DNA from: Ascoidea asiatica JCM 7603
Taxonomy: Eukaryota; Fungi; Ascomycota
Length of the DNA: 64,000 nucleotides
Direction: 5' to 3'
NCBI GenBank assembly: GCA_001600695.1
Contig: BCKQ01000001.1
Coordinates: 973,114 to 1,037,113, forward strand
Shown: piece after piece, positions 24,075 through 35,600 of the stretch
How the letters are laid out: every line of letters begins with the position of its first letter
How positions within the stretch are numbered: the stretch's first letter is position 1
The notes under the pieces: generated by a model
What the model saw: the letters and a program-made list of their open reading frames with translations, nothing else
What the model was told of the DNA's origin: nothing
Database searches by the model: none
Position numbers and translations under genes: made by a program

Positions 24075-24770
24075 TTAATCTTTCTTAGTTGAAGTATTTT
24101 CTTTGACTTTTCTTTCAAATCCAAATATTGATAACTTATCTGGTTGATTATAAAATAAAACTTCTCTTGATTTCTGATAGATAATCTCTAAATGTTTTAA
24201 ACCTGGTAATAAATCTTCAAATAGAACGATTAGTTCATATTCTTTATTATTTTTGTTATTACTATTATTATTATCATTTTTAACAACAACAAGTAAGTAA
24301 AAAATAACTTCTAAGCCTTTGAAAGCTTCATTTATAACAATATCTTGAATTTTGTCAATTGGTATAAATCTTTCAATTTTTGAATTTGGTAAAAAAAATA
24401 AATAATTTCCTTTAATTGAAGTTATTTGAATCCCAATATCTTTTAAAATTATTAATGAATCTTCTAAATCAGTTTGAAATATAAATTTGGAATAAAATAA
24501 ATTATATATAAATAAAATAGTAATAATTAATAAAACTTTCTTAAAATTTTTAATTGAATATAAATTGAATTCATTAAACCAAAAAACATAAAAATATTCA
24601 CTTTTAATAAAATAACTGATTAAAATGATTGATATTACAAAACTTATAGCTTTTATGATAATTGGAGTTTCAACTTCTTTCACCACCAGAAATTTTATTA
24701 TTGAAGTTTCCCTTTTTGATTCATTTATATCTGGATCAATGATTAATTTATAACTATTTCTTCCTCCCAT
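24075..24770 (-). CDS. GPI15: GPI-GlcNAc transferase subunit PIG-H
   Basis: Two TM segments followed by the PIG-H domain (EDSLIILKDIGIQI, RFIPIDKIQDIVINEAF, YL.VVV, LFEDLLP). Confidence 0.9.
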   Translation of the reverse strand: MGGRNSYKLIIDPDINESKRETSIIKFLVVKEVETPIIIKAISFVISIILISYFIKSEYFYVFWFNEFNLYSIKNFKKVLLIITILFIYNLFYSKFIFQTDLEDSLIILKDIGIQITSIKGNYLFFLPNSKIERFIPIDKIQDIVINEAFKGLEVIFYLLVVVKNDNNNSNNKNNKEYELIVLFEDLLPGLKHLEIIYQKSREVLFYNQPDKLSIFGFERKVKENTSTKKD

Positions 24771-25239
24771 CTTTTGGAGTTGAGTTGAATAATTTAGATG
24801 ATTGTTTTTTGTTTAGAATATAAAAAAGATTTGATTCAAAATATGATAAGTTGCTTATCAATTTATTTAAACTTTTACATGAAACATTCTTTAACGCTGG
24901 GTAAAAAAAAAAGTATTGGTGACTCTAGCGGTATCAAGAAAAATATATCAGAATATATTAAAAAATAATCGAATCTTTTAAAGATGAAATTGATCTACAA
25001 ATTAAAATAAAATATTAAACAATAGTCAAATGCATAATTTAATTGAAAAACAATCTAGTTCTATGTCTAAAGAGCCTGTATAAAATAAATTAACAAAATA
25101 GAATATGATATTAAAAAACGTTATTACTTTACAGAATGTGTATGACAAAAAAAATAAAATTAAAACCCCAAATTATATTATAATTAGCCTTCTTTATTTT
25201 ATGAATAAATTTAATTTATAATTCTTAAATTTAAATAAT

Positions 25240-27228
25240 CTAATCAACTTCTTCAACAGTTGGGCCTTCAGAGTGAGCAGCACCTGCACCTGGGGCAGCA
25301 CCTGCACCTGGGAATCCACCTGGGAAACCTCCGGCACCTGGCATACCACCAGCACCAGGCATTCCAGCGCCAGGCATTCCACCTTCAGCACCACCAGCTT
25401 GGTAAAATTTCATCATAATTGGATTAGAAACAGCTTCTAATTCTTTTTGTTTATCAGCAAATTCTTCAGTAGTTGCAGTAGTGTTATTATCTAACCATTC
25501 AATAGATTCATTAAGAGCTTTTGATAAAGCTTGTCTATCAGCTTCATCAACTTTTTCTTCAAAATTCTTTTCAGCAATTGTATTTTTTAATGAATAAGTA
25601 TAAGATTCTAAACCATTTTTAGCGGCAATTCTAGCAGCTTCTTTATCATCTTCTTCTTTGAATTTTTCAGCTTCAGAAACCATTCTTTCAATATCTTCTT
25701 TTGATAATCTACCTTTATCATTAGTAATAGTAATTTTTTGAGTTTTACCAGTACCTTTTTCTAAAGCAGAAACATTTAAGATACCATTAGCATCAATATC
25801 AAAAGTAACTTCAATTTGAGGAACACCTCTTGGAGCTGGAGGAATACCAGATAATTCGAATTTACCTAATATATTATTATCCTTTGTTCTTGCTCTTTCA
25901 CCTTCAAATACTTGAATTAAAACACCAGGTTGATTATCAGCATAAGTCGAGAAAGTTTCAGATTTTTTAGCTGGAATTGTAGAATTTCTTGGAATTAATT
26001 TAGTCATTACACCACCTGCAGTTTCAATACCTAAAGATAATGGAGCAACATCTAATAATAATAAATCTTGAGTTTTAGAAGAAGTATCACCAGATAAAAT
26101 AGCAGCTTGAACAGCAGCACCATATGCAACAGCTTCATCAGGATTAATTGATCTATTTGGTTCTTTACCATTAAAATAATCAGAAACTAATTTTTGAACT
26201 TTTGGAATTCTAGTTGAACCACCAACTAAAACAATTTCATGAACTTGAGATTTATCAATTTTAGCATCTCTTAAAACTTTTTCAACAGGATCAATGGTTG
26301 ATCTAAATAAATCACCACATAATTCTTCGAATCTAGCTCTGGTAATTGAAGTATAGAAATCAATACCTTCATATAAAGAATCAATTTCAATAGAAGTTTG
26401 AGCAGAAGAAGATAAAGTTCTTTTAGCTCTTTCACAAGCAGTTCTTAATCTTCTAAGAGCTCTTTGATTTGAAGAAATATCTTGTCTATTTTTACGTTTA
26501 AATTCAGTAATAAAATGATTTACTAATCTATTATCAAAATCTTCACCACCTAAATGAGTATCACCAGCAGTAGCTTTAACTTCAAAAATACCATCTTCAA
26601 TAGATAATAAAGAAACATCAAAAGTTCCTCCACCTAAATCGAAAATTAAAACATTTTTTTCACCTTCAGATTTTTTATCTAAACCATAAGCAATTGCAGC
26701 AGCAGTTGGTTCATTAATAATTCTTAAAACATTAATACCGGAAATTAAACCAGCATCTTTTGTTGCTTGTCTTTGAGAATCATTGAAATAAGCTGGAACA
26801 GTAATAACAGCATCATTAACTTTACAACCAAGGAAACTTTCTGCAGTTTCTTTCATTTTAGTTAAAACCATTGAAGAAATTTCTTCTGGAGAGAAAACTT
26901 TAGTTTCACCTTTAAATTCAACTTGAATATGTGGTTTACCAACTTTATCGACAACTTTGAATGGGAAATGTTTCATATCACCTTGAACTTCAGCATCAGT
27001 GAATTTTCTACCAATAAGACGTTTTGCATCGAAAACAGTATTAGCTGGATTCATAGCAGCTTGATTTTTAGCAGAATCACCAATTAATCTTTCAGTGTCA
27101 GTAAAGGCAACGAAAGATGGAGTAGTTCTATTACCTTGATCATTGGCAATAATTTCAACTCTATCATTAGCAAAATGTGCTACACATGAGTAGGTAGTAC
27201 CTAAATCAATACCAACAGCTTTACTCAT
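25240..27228 (-). CDS. SSA1: Cytosolic Hsp70, Ssa subfamily
   Basis: GIDLGTTYS and [12 protein letters not shown] motifs, GGMP-type repeats and GPTVEEVD terminus. The exact SSA paralog is not resolvable. Confidence 0.97.
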   Translation of the reverse strand: MSKAVGIDLGTTYSCVAHFANDRVEIIANDQGNRTTPSFVAFTDTERLIGDSAKNQAAMNPANTVFDAKRLIGRKFTDAEVQGDMKHFPFKVVDKVGKPHIQVEFKGETKVFSPEEISSMVLTKMKETAESFLGCKVNDAVITVPAYFNDSQRQATKDAGLISGINVLRIINEPTAAAIAYGLDKKSEGEKNVLIFDLGGGTFDVSLLSIEDGIFEVKATAGDTHLGGEDFDNRLVNHFITEFKRKNRQDISSNQRALRRLRTACERAKRTLSSSAQTSIEIDSLYEGIDFYTSITRARFEELCGDLFRSTIDPVEKVLRDAKIDKSQVHEIVLVGGSTRIPKVQKLVSDYFNGKEPNRSINPDEAVAYGAAVQAAILSGDTSSKTQDLLLLDVAPLSLGIETAGGVMTKLIPRNSTIPAKKSETFSTYADNQPGVLIQVFEGERARTKDNNILGKFELSGIPPAPRGVPQIEVTFDIDANGILNVSALEKGTGKTQKITITNDKGRLSKEDIERMVSEAEKFKEEDDKEAARIAAKNGLESYTYSLKNTIAEKNFEEKVDEADRQALSKALNESIEWLDNNTTATTEEFADKQKELEAVSNPIMMKFYQAGGAEGGMPGAGMPGAGGMPGAGGFPGGFPGAGAAPGAGAAHSEGPTVEEVD

Positions 27229-27520
27229 TATTAAAATATATTATTATTTTTATGATTATTATAATATAAGATTTATTTTTTTAAATTGAATGCAGTTAAT
27301 AAACTAAGAAAAGTAATCAAAAGAGACAAATAAAACAATTGAATGATTAAAATAAAATAAAATAGAATAAAATTAAAAGAAACTGAAAAGAACTTCAAAT
27401 ATAAACCTCAGAACCAGGACTCTATAAACATTTTAAATGTTTTTTTTAAAAATCAATCTCAATTCAGCTGCGAGTGAAAAAAGCAGTAAAAGAGTGAATT
27501 TCCATCTGGCGGCGAACCTT

Positions 27521-27730
27521 AAATTCTTCCATAGTCTTCCATCGTCTTCCATGGTTTTTCATCCTCTTCAATCGTTTTCCAAACTCCACCGCGGCCTCTT
27601 TGAAACTGCTTGAAAACAGCAGGAAAACAGCAGGAAAACAGAAAAAAAACAGCAGGAAATGGAGCTGGAAATAGAACTCGAAAGAACAAAAAAGAACAAA
27701 AAAGAACAAAAAAGAACGAAAAAGAATAAA
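27521..27730. promoter_or_regulatory. Step-type heat shock element arrays upstream of SSA
   Basis: TTC recurs at 10-bp period (27527, 27537, 27547, 27567, 27577) and GAA at 10-bp period (27674-27724, six units), 300-500 bp upstream of the Hsp70 ATG. Confidence 0.65.
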
Positions 27731-28050
27731 ACATCAAAAATTGTTACGTTTTGCGTCTCTCACGAGTGCAGCGCCACGTAACTTCACGTCAACGTAAAAA
27801 GGCCAATTGTATTTATCCGAGGGGTAATTTCCGGATAGTTACATTCAAAAAGGGTAAAATATTGAAACCATTCAAGGTATAAAAAACCGGATTTGATAAA
27901 AAGCTGCTATTACCGTATTAGGAAACATATATTTCAAAAAAAGAATTTTTAAAGGTTTATACCTTTTTTTTTATATGAAAAATTGATTATTTTATAGAAA
28001 TTATCTATTAAATGAAGACTCAGTTTCACAAATCAATTGATAGTATTGTT

Positions 28051-31000
28051 TTACTTCTTGAGTTTGTTTATATAAGTATTAATTACTTCCACTATTCCTG
28101 CATTTCGTTCACCTCCATTTTTACTATAAATTCCATAAATTTCTTTAAGTTTACTTATATCTTTATGCTTTACAGCTTCTTCACAATAATTTTTATAATC
28201 TCCACATCTTAGATAATAATCAAATTTCTCATCATATGCAAATTCATTTGTACCACTTTTTTTCAAAAAAATTGAGGCCATCAGTTTATTATTATATTTT
28301 AAACATTCATTAATTATTGCTTTATATCCAATTGCAATTTTTCCCGATGCACTTGAAACATTATTCACAAAAGTTAATAATTCATTAAATTTATTCATTG
28401 ATGTTAATGTTTTTAAAACTACCCATTGAAATCTTAAATCTGAAATTTTAAATTCTTTTAAAATTTTATTAATTTTATTTGTAATTGATGTTGATCCTGT
28501 ACTTGACCAATTATTAATTTTAATTAGTTCAATTATTGTTTCAATTATTGATTTATGATGAAATTTTAAATTACTATAAATTGGTATTAAATCTTTACTT
28601 AATTGTTCTTGAATAGTAATTAATTTAATCTCTTCATTTAAATATTTTAAATCATCTTGATAATTTTTATTATTTTTAAATTCTTGATATGATTTTATAC
28701 TTTTTTTTAAACTTATTTTTTGTTCATTTAATTTATTTAATTCTTCTGTTACATTTATTGAATTTGATGAATTAACATTTAAATTATTATCATTTATATT
28801 GGAAACATTAGTATTAACAATATTACTACCAATTGTTTTACCATGATTTATATTTAAATTATTTTCAATTAAATCTTTTTTTTCATCTTTTAAACTTTCT
28901 GTAATTTGAAAATTTGCAATTTCTAATCTATCATCAAAACTAAAATAAAATTTTTTTAATAAAATTATTGAATCATTAAAATTTAAATTTGCAAAATTAT
29001 TTTCTCTTAATAATTTTTCTAAAAAATTTTTTGAAATTTTTCTATTATTTAAAATTTTAAAAAATTCTCCAATATTACTATTTGAAACAAGAAATTTATA
29101 ATATAAAATTAAAAGTACATATAAAATTAATTGATAATTTAAACTTTCTTCAGCTTTAATTAAAGCTAATTCATCTTCTTCCATATTTAATAACAATGGT
29201 ATTTTTTTACTTGAAACTGGTTCAAAATTTAATAACATTATTGATAATTTTAATCTACCTTCTTGATATGCAATTTGAGAAATTTTCTCAAAAGAAATAT
29301 TTTCAATAATTTTTAATTTATTTATAATAATTTTTAATAAAGTTTGATCATCTAAATTATCACTATATTTAATTTTTAAACATGCCCAGTTTATATAAAT
29401 TAAATCATTTGGTAAATTTAATTTTTCAGAAATTTTTAATGAAAGATAAAATTTATTTCTTTTAATTAATAAATTATTAATTAAATTATCTTGAAATGAA
29501 ATTCCATTATTTGAAATATATTGAAATTGTTTAAAAGTTAAAAACATTCCAATTGAATGAGATCTAATTTGATTTAAAATTTTTAAATTTAATATAGTTT
29601 CTGATAAAAAATCAGAGTTATAAAATTCTAAAAATGATTTACCAAAACTTGCAGATTTTAATAATTTTTTTTGCCAAAATGGATCAAATTCTTCTGTTGA
29701 AGCCTTTATACAATTATTTATTGCTTCAGTTAGATTATTTTTAATTAATGATAAATTTTCTAAAGAATTTGAATTATCTATAGAATCTAATAATATAGAA
29801 CTAGAAGAAGTTGAACCAATTTTAAAAATGTCAACAGTTAAATCAGAAACTCTTGATAAAAATTCTAATTTATTATCGGATAAAATTCTAATACCATCAA
29901 TTTCAGTATATAAAAAAACTGGATTATCATAATAAAAATTTATTGAAGAAGTACCTGGACCAATTAATTTAATTTGATCACTAAATGATAAAACTATAGC
30001 ATCATTACCACACCATTCTAATTGTAAAGGTTTTTCATTAATTGAATCAAGATTTAAATCATAATCACTTAATTTTCTTTGAAAATCAGAAGATATTATA
30101 TAAAGTTTATTTAAATTTGAAGAATATAAAGATAAAAAATCACCATTTGGAGATATTGAGATGAAATTAAATGGACCTTCATTCAAGAATTTATCTTGAA
30201 TTAATAAATCATCAATTGTATATATGGTTTCATCTTTTGAAATTAAAACTTCAATATTTTTACTTAAACTAAAAGCAGGAGGTATAATATTCCAAGAATT
30301 TATTTGAAAATAATAATCAGAAGACATTTGTTGAAAATTAGAGATGTAGTTTGAATTTGAATTAGAATTAGAATTTGACTGAAAAGAATTATCATCATCG
30401 TCGTTGTTTGTATTATTATTTGCATCGAGATTAGTAGAAGTAATATTATTGTTATTGATATTATTTTCTTCATTTGAGGTTAAAATACTTTGAGTATCCG
30501 AAGAAGAATTGGGATTAATTTTATTATTATTAATTGTTTGTTGTTTAGATTTACTTTTATCAGGATTATTAATATTTTCATTGATATTTTGAAAAGTTGC
30601 TAATAATCTTGGATATGGATTTTTAAAATCATTAACATGAATAAAAGTATTATTATTTAATTTAGCTACAAATCCAGTATTATAAAATTTTACATCATTT
30701 ACACCAATTTTATCTGAATTAAAACCAAGAGTGAATTCATTAAAATTTCCATTAAAATCATAATAATTTCTAAAATTACCATTTTCTAAAATTATAATTA
30801 AATCTTCATTAATATTAAAGTTAAAATTAATTATTTTACCATTTAATTTTTCATTCCAATTTATATTAAATAATCTTGAACCTGAACCTGAGAATAATTG
30901 AATAAATTTAGAATTATTATTATTATTATTTATATTTAAAGAGTTATTTTTAAAAGGTTGAGAAGCTAATTGATTTAATTGATTTAAGTTATTATTATTA

Positions 31001-31245
31001 CTACTTGTGATGTTATTAGCCTTATTATTATTATTATTGGTATTATTATTTGAATTTGATAAAGATATATTATTATTTATGTTTATATTATTTTTTGGAT
31101 AAATTGCAATTGCAGTTGAAAATGGAGCCATTGCAATCATATAATCCGATATATTTACATTATTCCAAGATAGAGAATAACATTCCCTTGATCTATAGAA
31201 TACATCTCTTAATCTTTCCCAACCCAAACTTGGATTCGAGGCCAT
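28051..31245 (-). CDS. VPS16: HOPS/CORVET core subunit Vps16
   Basis: NPSLGWERLRDVFYR N-terminus, WCGNDAIVL, EIDGIRI, QKKLLKSASFGK and AYQEGRLKL motifs. Confidence 0.95.
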   Translation of the reverse strand: MASNPSLGWERLRDVFYRSRECYSLSWNNVNISDYMIAMAPFSTAIAIYPKNNININNNISLSNSNNNTNNNNNKANNITSSNNNNLNQLNQLASQPFKNNSLNINNNNNNSKFIQLFSGSGSRLFNINWNEKLNGKIINFNFNINEDLIIILENGNFRNYYDFNGNFNEFTLGFNSDKIGVNDVKFYNTGFVAKLNNNTFIHVNDFKNPYPRLLATFQNINENINNPDKSKSKQQTINNNKINPNSSSDTQSILTSNEENNINNNNITSTNLDANNNTNNDDDDNSFQSNSNSNSNSNYISNFQQMSSDYYFQINSWNIIPPAFSLSKNIEVLISKDETIYTIDDLLIQDKFLNEGPFNFISISPNGDFLSLYSSNLNKLYIISSDFQRKLSDYDLNLDSINEKPLQLEWCGNDAIVLSFSDQIKLIGPGTSSINFYYDNPVFLYTEIDGIRILSDNKLEFLSRVSDLTVDIFKIGSTSSSSILLDSIDNSNSLENLSLIKNNLTEAINNCIKASTEEFDPFWQKKLLKSASFGKSFLEFYNSDFLSETILNLKILNQIRSHSIGMFLTFKQFQYISNNGISFQDNLINNLLIKRNKFYLSLKISEKLNLPNDLIYINWACLKIKYSDNLDDQTLLKIIINKLKIIENISFEKISQIAYQEGRLKLSIMLLNFEPVSSKKIPLLLNMEEDELALIKAEESLNYQLILYVLLILYYKFLVSNSNIGEFFKILNNRKISKNFLEKLLRENNFANLNFNDSIILLKKFYFSFDDRLEIANFQITESLKDEKKDLIENNLNINHGKTIGSNIVNTNVSNINDNNLNVNSSNSINVTEELNKLNEQKISLKKSIKSYQEFKNNKNYQDDLKYLNEEIKLITIQEQLSKDLIPIYSNLKFHHKSIIETIIELIKINNWSSTGSTSITNKINKILKEFKISDLRFQWVVLKTLTSMNKFNELLTFVNNVSSASGKIAIGYKAIINECLKYNNKLMASIFLKKSGTNEFAYDEKFDYYLRCGDYKNYCEEAVKHKDISKLKEIYGIYSKNGGERNAGIVEVINTYINKLKK

Positions 31246-31897
31246 TGTTTATTGATTAATTATTTTTTGTTTTTGATTATTGGTTATTGATTGGTGATTG
31301 ATTGGCGATTGATAATTGTTGAATTGAGATGAATTCAAATGAAAAATGATAAGTAATAGTAGTCTTGTTTAAACCAGAATTGAATCCTTTTAGCAATTGA
31401 GATTGATATGTTCAAATCCAGCAATAACAAGTTAGATATAATTGTTTATAAAGAGTGAATAGATAATAATAATGAATTAATTAGAATAATATTCAAATAA
31501 TATACATGAATAGATGTGAATCAATAACTTCAAATATATTAAATCAAACTATTTGTTTATGGTCTAACAATAGGAGACTTAACGACTTAACGAGTATCTG
31601 AAGCTGAAGGCAAAGGCCTGCTGTTGACGCGTTGGAGAAGAATGCACCGAGACCATAACAGCGGGTCTTCTATTGAGGTAATACAGGGCAACAATCCCGT
31701 AGTTTAGTCAAGCACGTCCCGATGTCTCGAGATTTCAAATTATTTTATTTTGTTTGGCGTCAATCGAGAAATAAATTAAATTACTAGAATAAATAAAGGA
31801 TATGAAAATAAACTATATAAAAATAAAGGATATAATCTTTTAACTTGAAGTAAAAGAATCAATTGAAACAGTAGAAGCATTACAATACAATTTAAAA

Positions 31898-32398
31898 ATG
31901 AATAGAATAGAAGAGTTTAATTCCCAGTTTGCCTCTAAAGATTCAGACTCCGATTCTGATATAGAGATTCAAAAGAGCAGGCACTTCAATAAAAAGAAAA
32001 ATACATTATCTTCTAAAAACAAAAATAATAATATCAAAGATCTAGAACTTGATATTGATGATGATGACGATGATGAAGATGATGAATCTTTAGAAGTTTT
32101 ACAAAACTCGTATATTAAACTCATATCTAATGATAACTTTGAATATATCATAACTAAAGAAGCTGCATATATTTCTCCAACTTTAAAATCAATGTTAAAT
32201 TCATCTTTTAAATTTAAAGAAAGTCAAAAAAATAGAATTAAATTGAATGAATTTGATTCCAAAATTTTAGAAAAAGTTATAGAGTATTTATATTATAATC
32301 TAAAATTTCAAAATAATATTACAAATGCTCCAAAATTTAATATTCCCGTTGAAATGTCTTTAGAATTATTAGTAGCTGCTGATTTTTTAAATGTTTAA
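31898..32398 (+). CDS. ELC1: Elongin C with acidic N-terminal extension
   Basis: Skp1/POZ fold YIKLISND...ISPTLKSML...LEKVIEYLYYN...LELLVAADFLNV; divergent from VPS16 as in S. cerevisiae. Confidence 0.95.
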   Translation: MNRIEEFNSQFASKDSDSDSDIEIQKSRHFNKKKNTLSSKNKNNNIKDLELDIDDDDDDEDDESLEVLQNSYIKLISNDNFEYIITKEAAYISPTLKSMLNSSFKFKESQKNRIKLNEFDSKILEKVIEYLYYNLKFQNNITNAPKFNIPVEMSLELLVAADFLNV

Positions 32399-32681
32399 AT
32401 AATATACATTTTTTAAAAAAGAATTATAACTGTTAAAAAAAAAAAACAAAGCGAATGATTAGATATTAAATTAAATGAAAAAAGGGGATATTAAGCAAAG
32501 AAAAATTTATAAAAAAAGAGTTAAAACAATTAAAAACAACATCTTTAAAAAAAATGAAAAAAAAAAAAATGAAATAGAAAAAAAAAATTTGAATAAATAA
32601 TTACTACTACTATTACTTTTTTTATTATTACTATTATTATTATTATTATTATTACAGGAACATAAGAAACAATTAATCTTT

Positions 32682-35600
32682 TTAAAGTACAAATTGGTTA
32701 GCACCATTTCCAACACCATTATCATTATCTCTATAATTATCACGATTAATATATTCATCAATATCACTATTATCACTATTATCACTATTACTACTACTAC
32801 TTTCATTATTGATTTTATGTATTTCAACTAGCACATTATTACGTATTTTAAAGATTTCATCATCACTAATTAAATTATCATAATTATTTAATAGCTTTGT
32901 TAAATCTGTTGATTTAAATCTGAAAAATTTAAATTTCTTTTTAATATTTTTTAAAAAATCATAAATTTCACTTTCTTCTTCAATTATCATTAAATTTTTT
33001 TCAAAAAATTTAAATATCGAAATAAATATTCGAAATATCTCAATTTCTCCCTTTAAACATAAAATTATATCCCAACATTTAAATAAAATTTCTATAGGTA
33101 ATATATCAATTAATAATGTTAAAAACCAATTTATAATTATAGAATCTAAATTAATTTTTTTAATCTCAATTAAATAAAAATTTAATTTTGGTAAATATTT
33201 TTTAAATAATTTTGAAAAAACTTTTGAATCAATTTCAATCGCTTTACTATCAAATTTAAAAAATTCTTTACTTAATATATTCTCTGTAATATTAATAAAA
33301 AACCAAAATGCTTCTTCTTCTTTAGGAAAGATTAATAAAATTATTGCAACTATTAAATTCATACCTTGACAATATCCAATTTCTGGAAATTTTCTATTAA
33401 ATGCAATTAAAATATTCTTGAGTTTAATTACACCTGGTCCATCATTACCATGAAAAAAAATATTATATGGCATTGTTCTATGAATATCAAGCTTAATTTG
33501 AGATTCGGATTTAAGTAAATTTTCAAAATTCTTATTTTTTTTTAGCGTATTAATTGTAGTTAAATTGATATCATTTCTTAATAAATCATAATATTCACCA
33601 GGAATAATTATTGATTTAGACCCTGAACATTCTTCCCATATTTTTTGTCTAAAATTCATTGGAATTCCATTAAATACTAATCTTCGAAATTCTTTATAGA
33701 GTTTTATATTATTTTTCTTTAAGTTTGTACCGAAAATTCCTAAATAATCATCCTTACTAATTAATTCTTCTTCTAGTAAGCTTTGAATTTCATCATCAAG
33801 ATTATTAGTCACTGCTCCTCTCAAAGGAGACCTAGGAATTAAACGTGCAAGTTTATTGTCATTATTGTTAATTTCCTCTTCATTATCTTCAACATCTGAA
33901 GCAGTCGAATCATTTTCTTCTTCAACTTCTCCTATGAAAGTGGAATATAATTTATGATTGTTTTCTTCCATTATTTCATCCTTTATATCGAAATTTGTCA
34001 TAGATGCTGATCTTGTTCTTTTTTTCAATTGTGCTTGAGATTTAGATAAAGATCTTATTCTTTGTTTAGATGCATTATTATATGATATTGAAACTTTTGT
34101 GAAGAACTCATTCCAAGCATAATTGATTTTTTGTACTTTTTGATCGTGTTTTTTAGCAATTTTAATTAAGTTGGTAGTTGATGAATATAATTTGTTTTCA
34201 TTTTTTTGATTGATTTTTTGGTCGATTTTTTGATCGAGTATTTTTTTTTTTTTTGTTAGTGATGTTGAAACTGTAGTTGCTGGAGAATGTGAAATTGATA
34301 AAGCAGGTGGATTATTTATAAAATGATCATAATCGTAAAAACAACCATATCTATCAATTAATCTATTATGAATATTATTCAACAATGTTGGAGGCTTTTC
34401 ACTGTTAGGAATTAAATTATCTAACTCTAAAGGAATTTTGCTACTATCAGAGTTATTATTTGAGCTTAAAATTTCACTAGTCTCAATTATCTGATCTTTC
34501 TTAATACTTAGTCTCTGTATTTCATTTCTATTATTATTTTTAATGTTATTTGAAATTCCATTATCTATTTCATTATTCGTTAAATTCAAGGAATTTCTAT
34601 TGGAAAACCAATTGTTTATATTATTGAACTTGAAATTAATTAGAGAGCTATGACGTGCTCTGGTTTGTACAGTATTTCCAGTATCACTACTAAAACTACT
34701 ATTATTCATGTTGAAGCTATTTGAGTTAAACATTGAATTAATCTTATGAGTCATCAAAAAAGACTCTGATGTTGAAGAAGAGATTGAGTTGTTTGAATCA
34801 AGTGAAGTATCTATTGTATTGGAAACAGATTCAGTATCATTGAAAGTACTTGAAAAATTTAAACCTGTTGAAGTTGAAATATCATGAGATATATGAAATT
34901 CTGTTTCATTAGCAGTTTCATTTTCATCATTATCTCCAGCATTTTCTTCAATATTTTTAGATTTGTAAGTGTTATTTCGATTATATTTAGTAATAGATTC
35001 ATCAGGCTTATTACTTTCGGTCGAAGTCTCTGGATCTTCTTTCTGAATCTCATCACTGTTTTCAATAGTATCACTATCAAACTCATTTTCGTTTTCCATT
35101 TCTTGAATAGTATCATCATTGATGTTTTTATCCAATAAAGTCTGGTAATGATAATAGTAAATATTTGTTAGCGAAGAAGATGATATTGGAGTTATTGGAG
35201 TTATGTTGAACTTAGGCACTAATTCATTGGAAGTCGAAGAACTTTCACCATTATTCTGAGGACTATTGGCTTGATCTCTCTTATTAATATCAGTATCATT
35301 CTGATCGGTTTGATTTTCTGGAGTTATTTGATCAATAGGAGTTTTAGGAGGCTCATTATTTTTAGATTTATTAAAATTTAATTTCGAAGTTGATATAGTT
35401 AGATTATTTTTTTTTAGAAATTCATTGAATTTATTAATACTTGTGTTTAGATTTTCCAATATAGAGGAATGCCTGTTGATAGTATTATCTTCAATGCTTA
35501 TAGTATTTTCCTGAGGAACCACGGATTGAGGGGTACTAATTGAATATAAATCATTTTGACAAATGTGAGTTTGAGAAAGATTGTTTTGAGAAATATTGTT

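Noticed and set aside
25260-25400. GC-rich repeats at the end of SSA
   Set aside because: Ordinary GGMP/GGFP linker repeats of cytosolic Hsp70.
27681-27730. Regular short repeats considered as CRISPR-like or telomeric
   Set aside because: No spacers, eukaryotic context, internal location and only 5-6 units; better explained as promoter repeats.
31410-31419. B-box-like GTTCAAATCC (also GGTTCAAAT at ~51936 and in the U3 introns)
   Set aside because: No A box or cloverleaf, so not tRNA genes; too short and AT-rich to support an extra-TFIIIC site without ChIP data.
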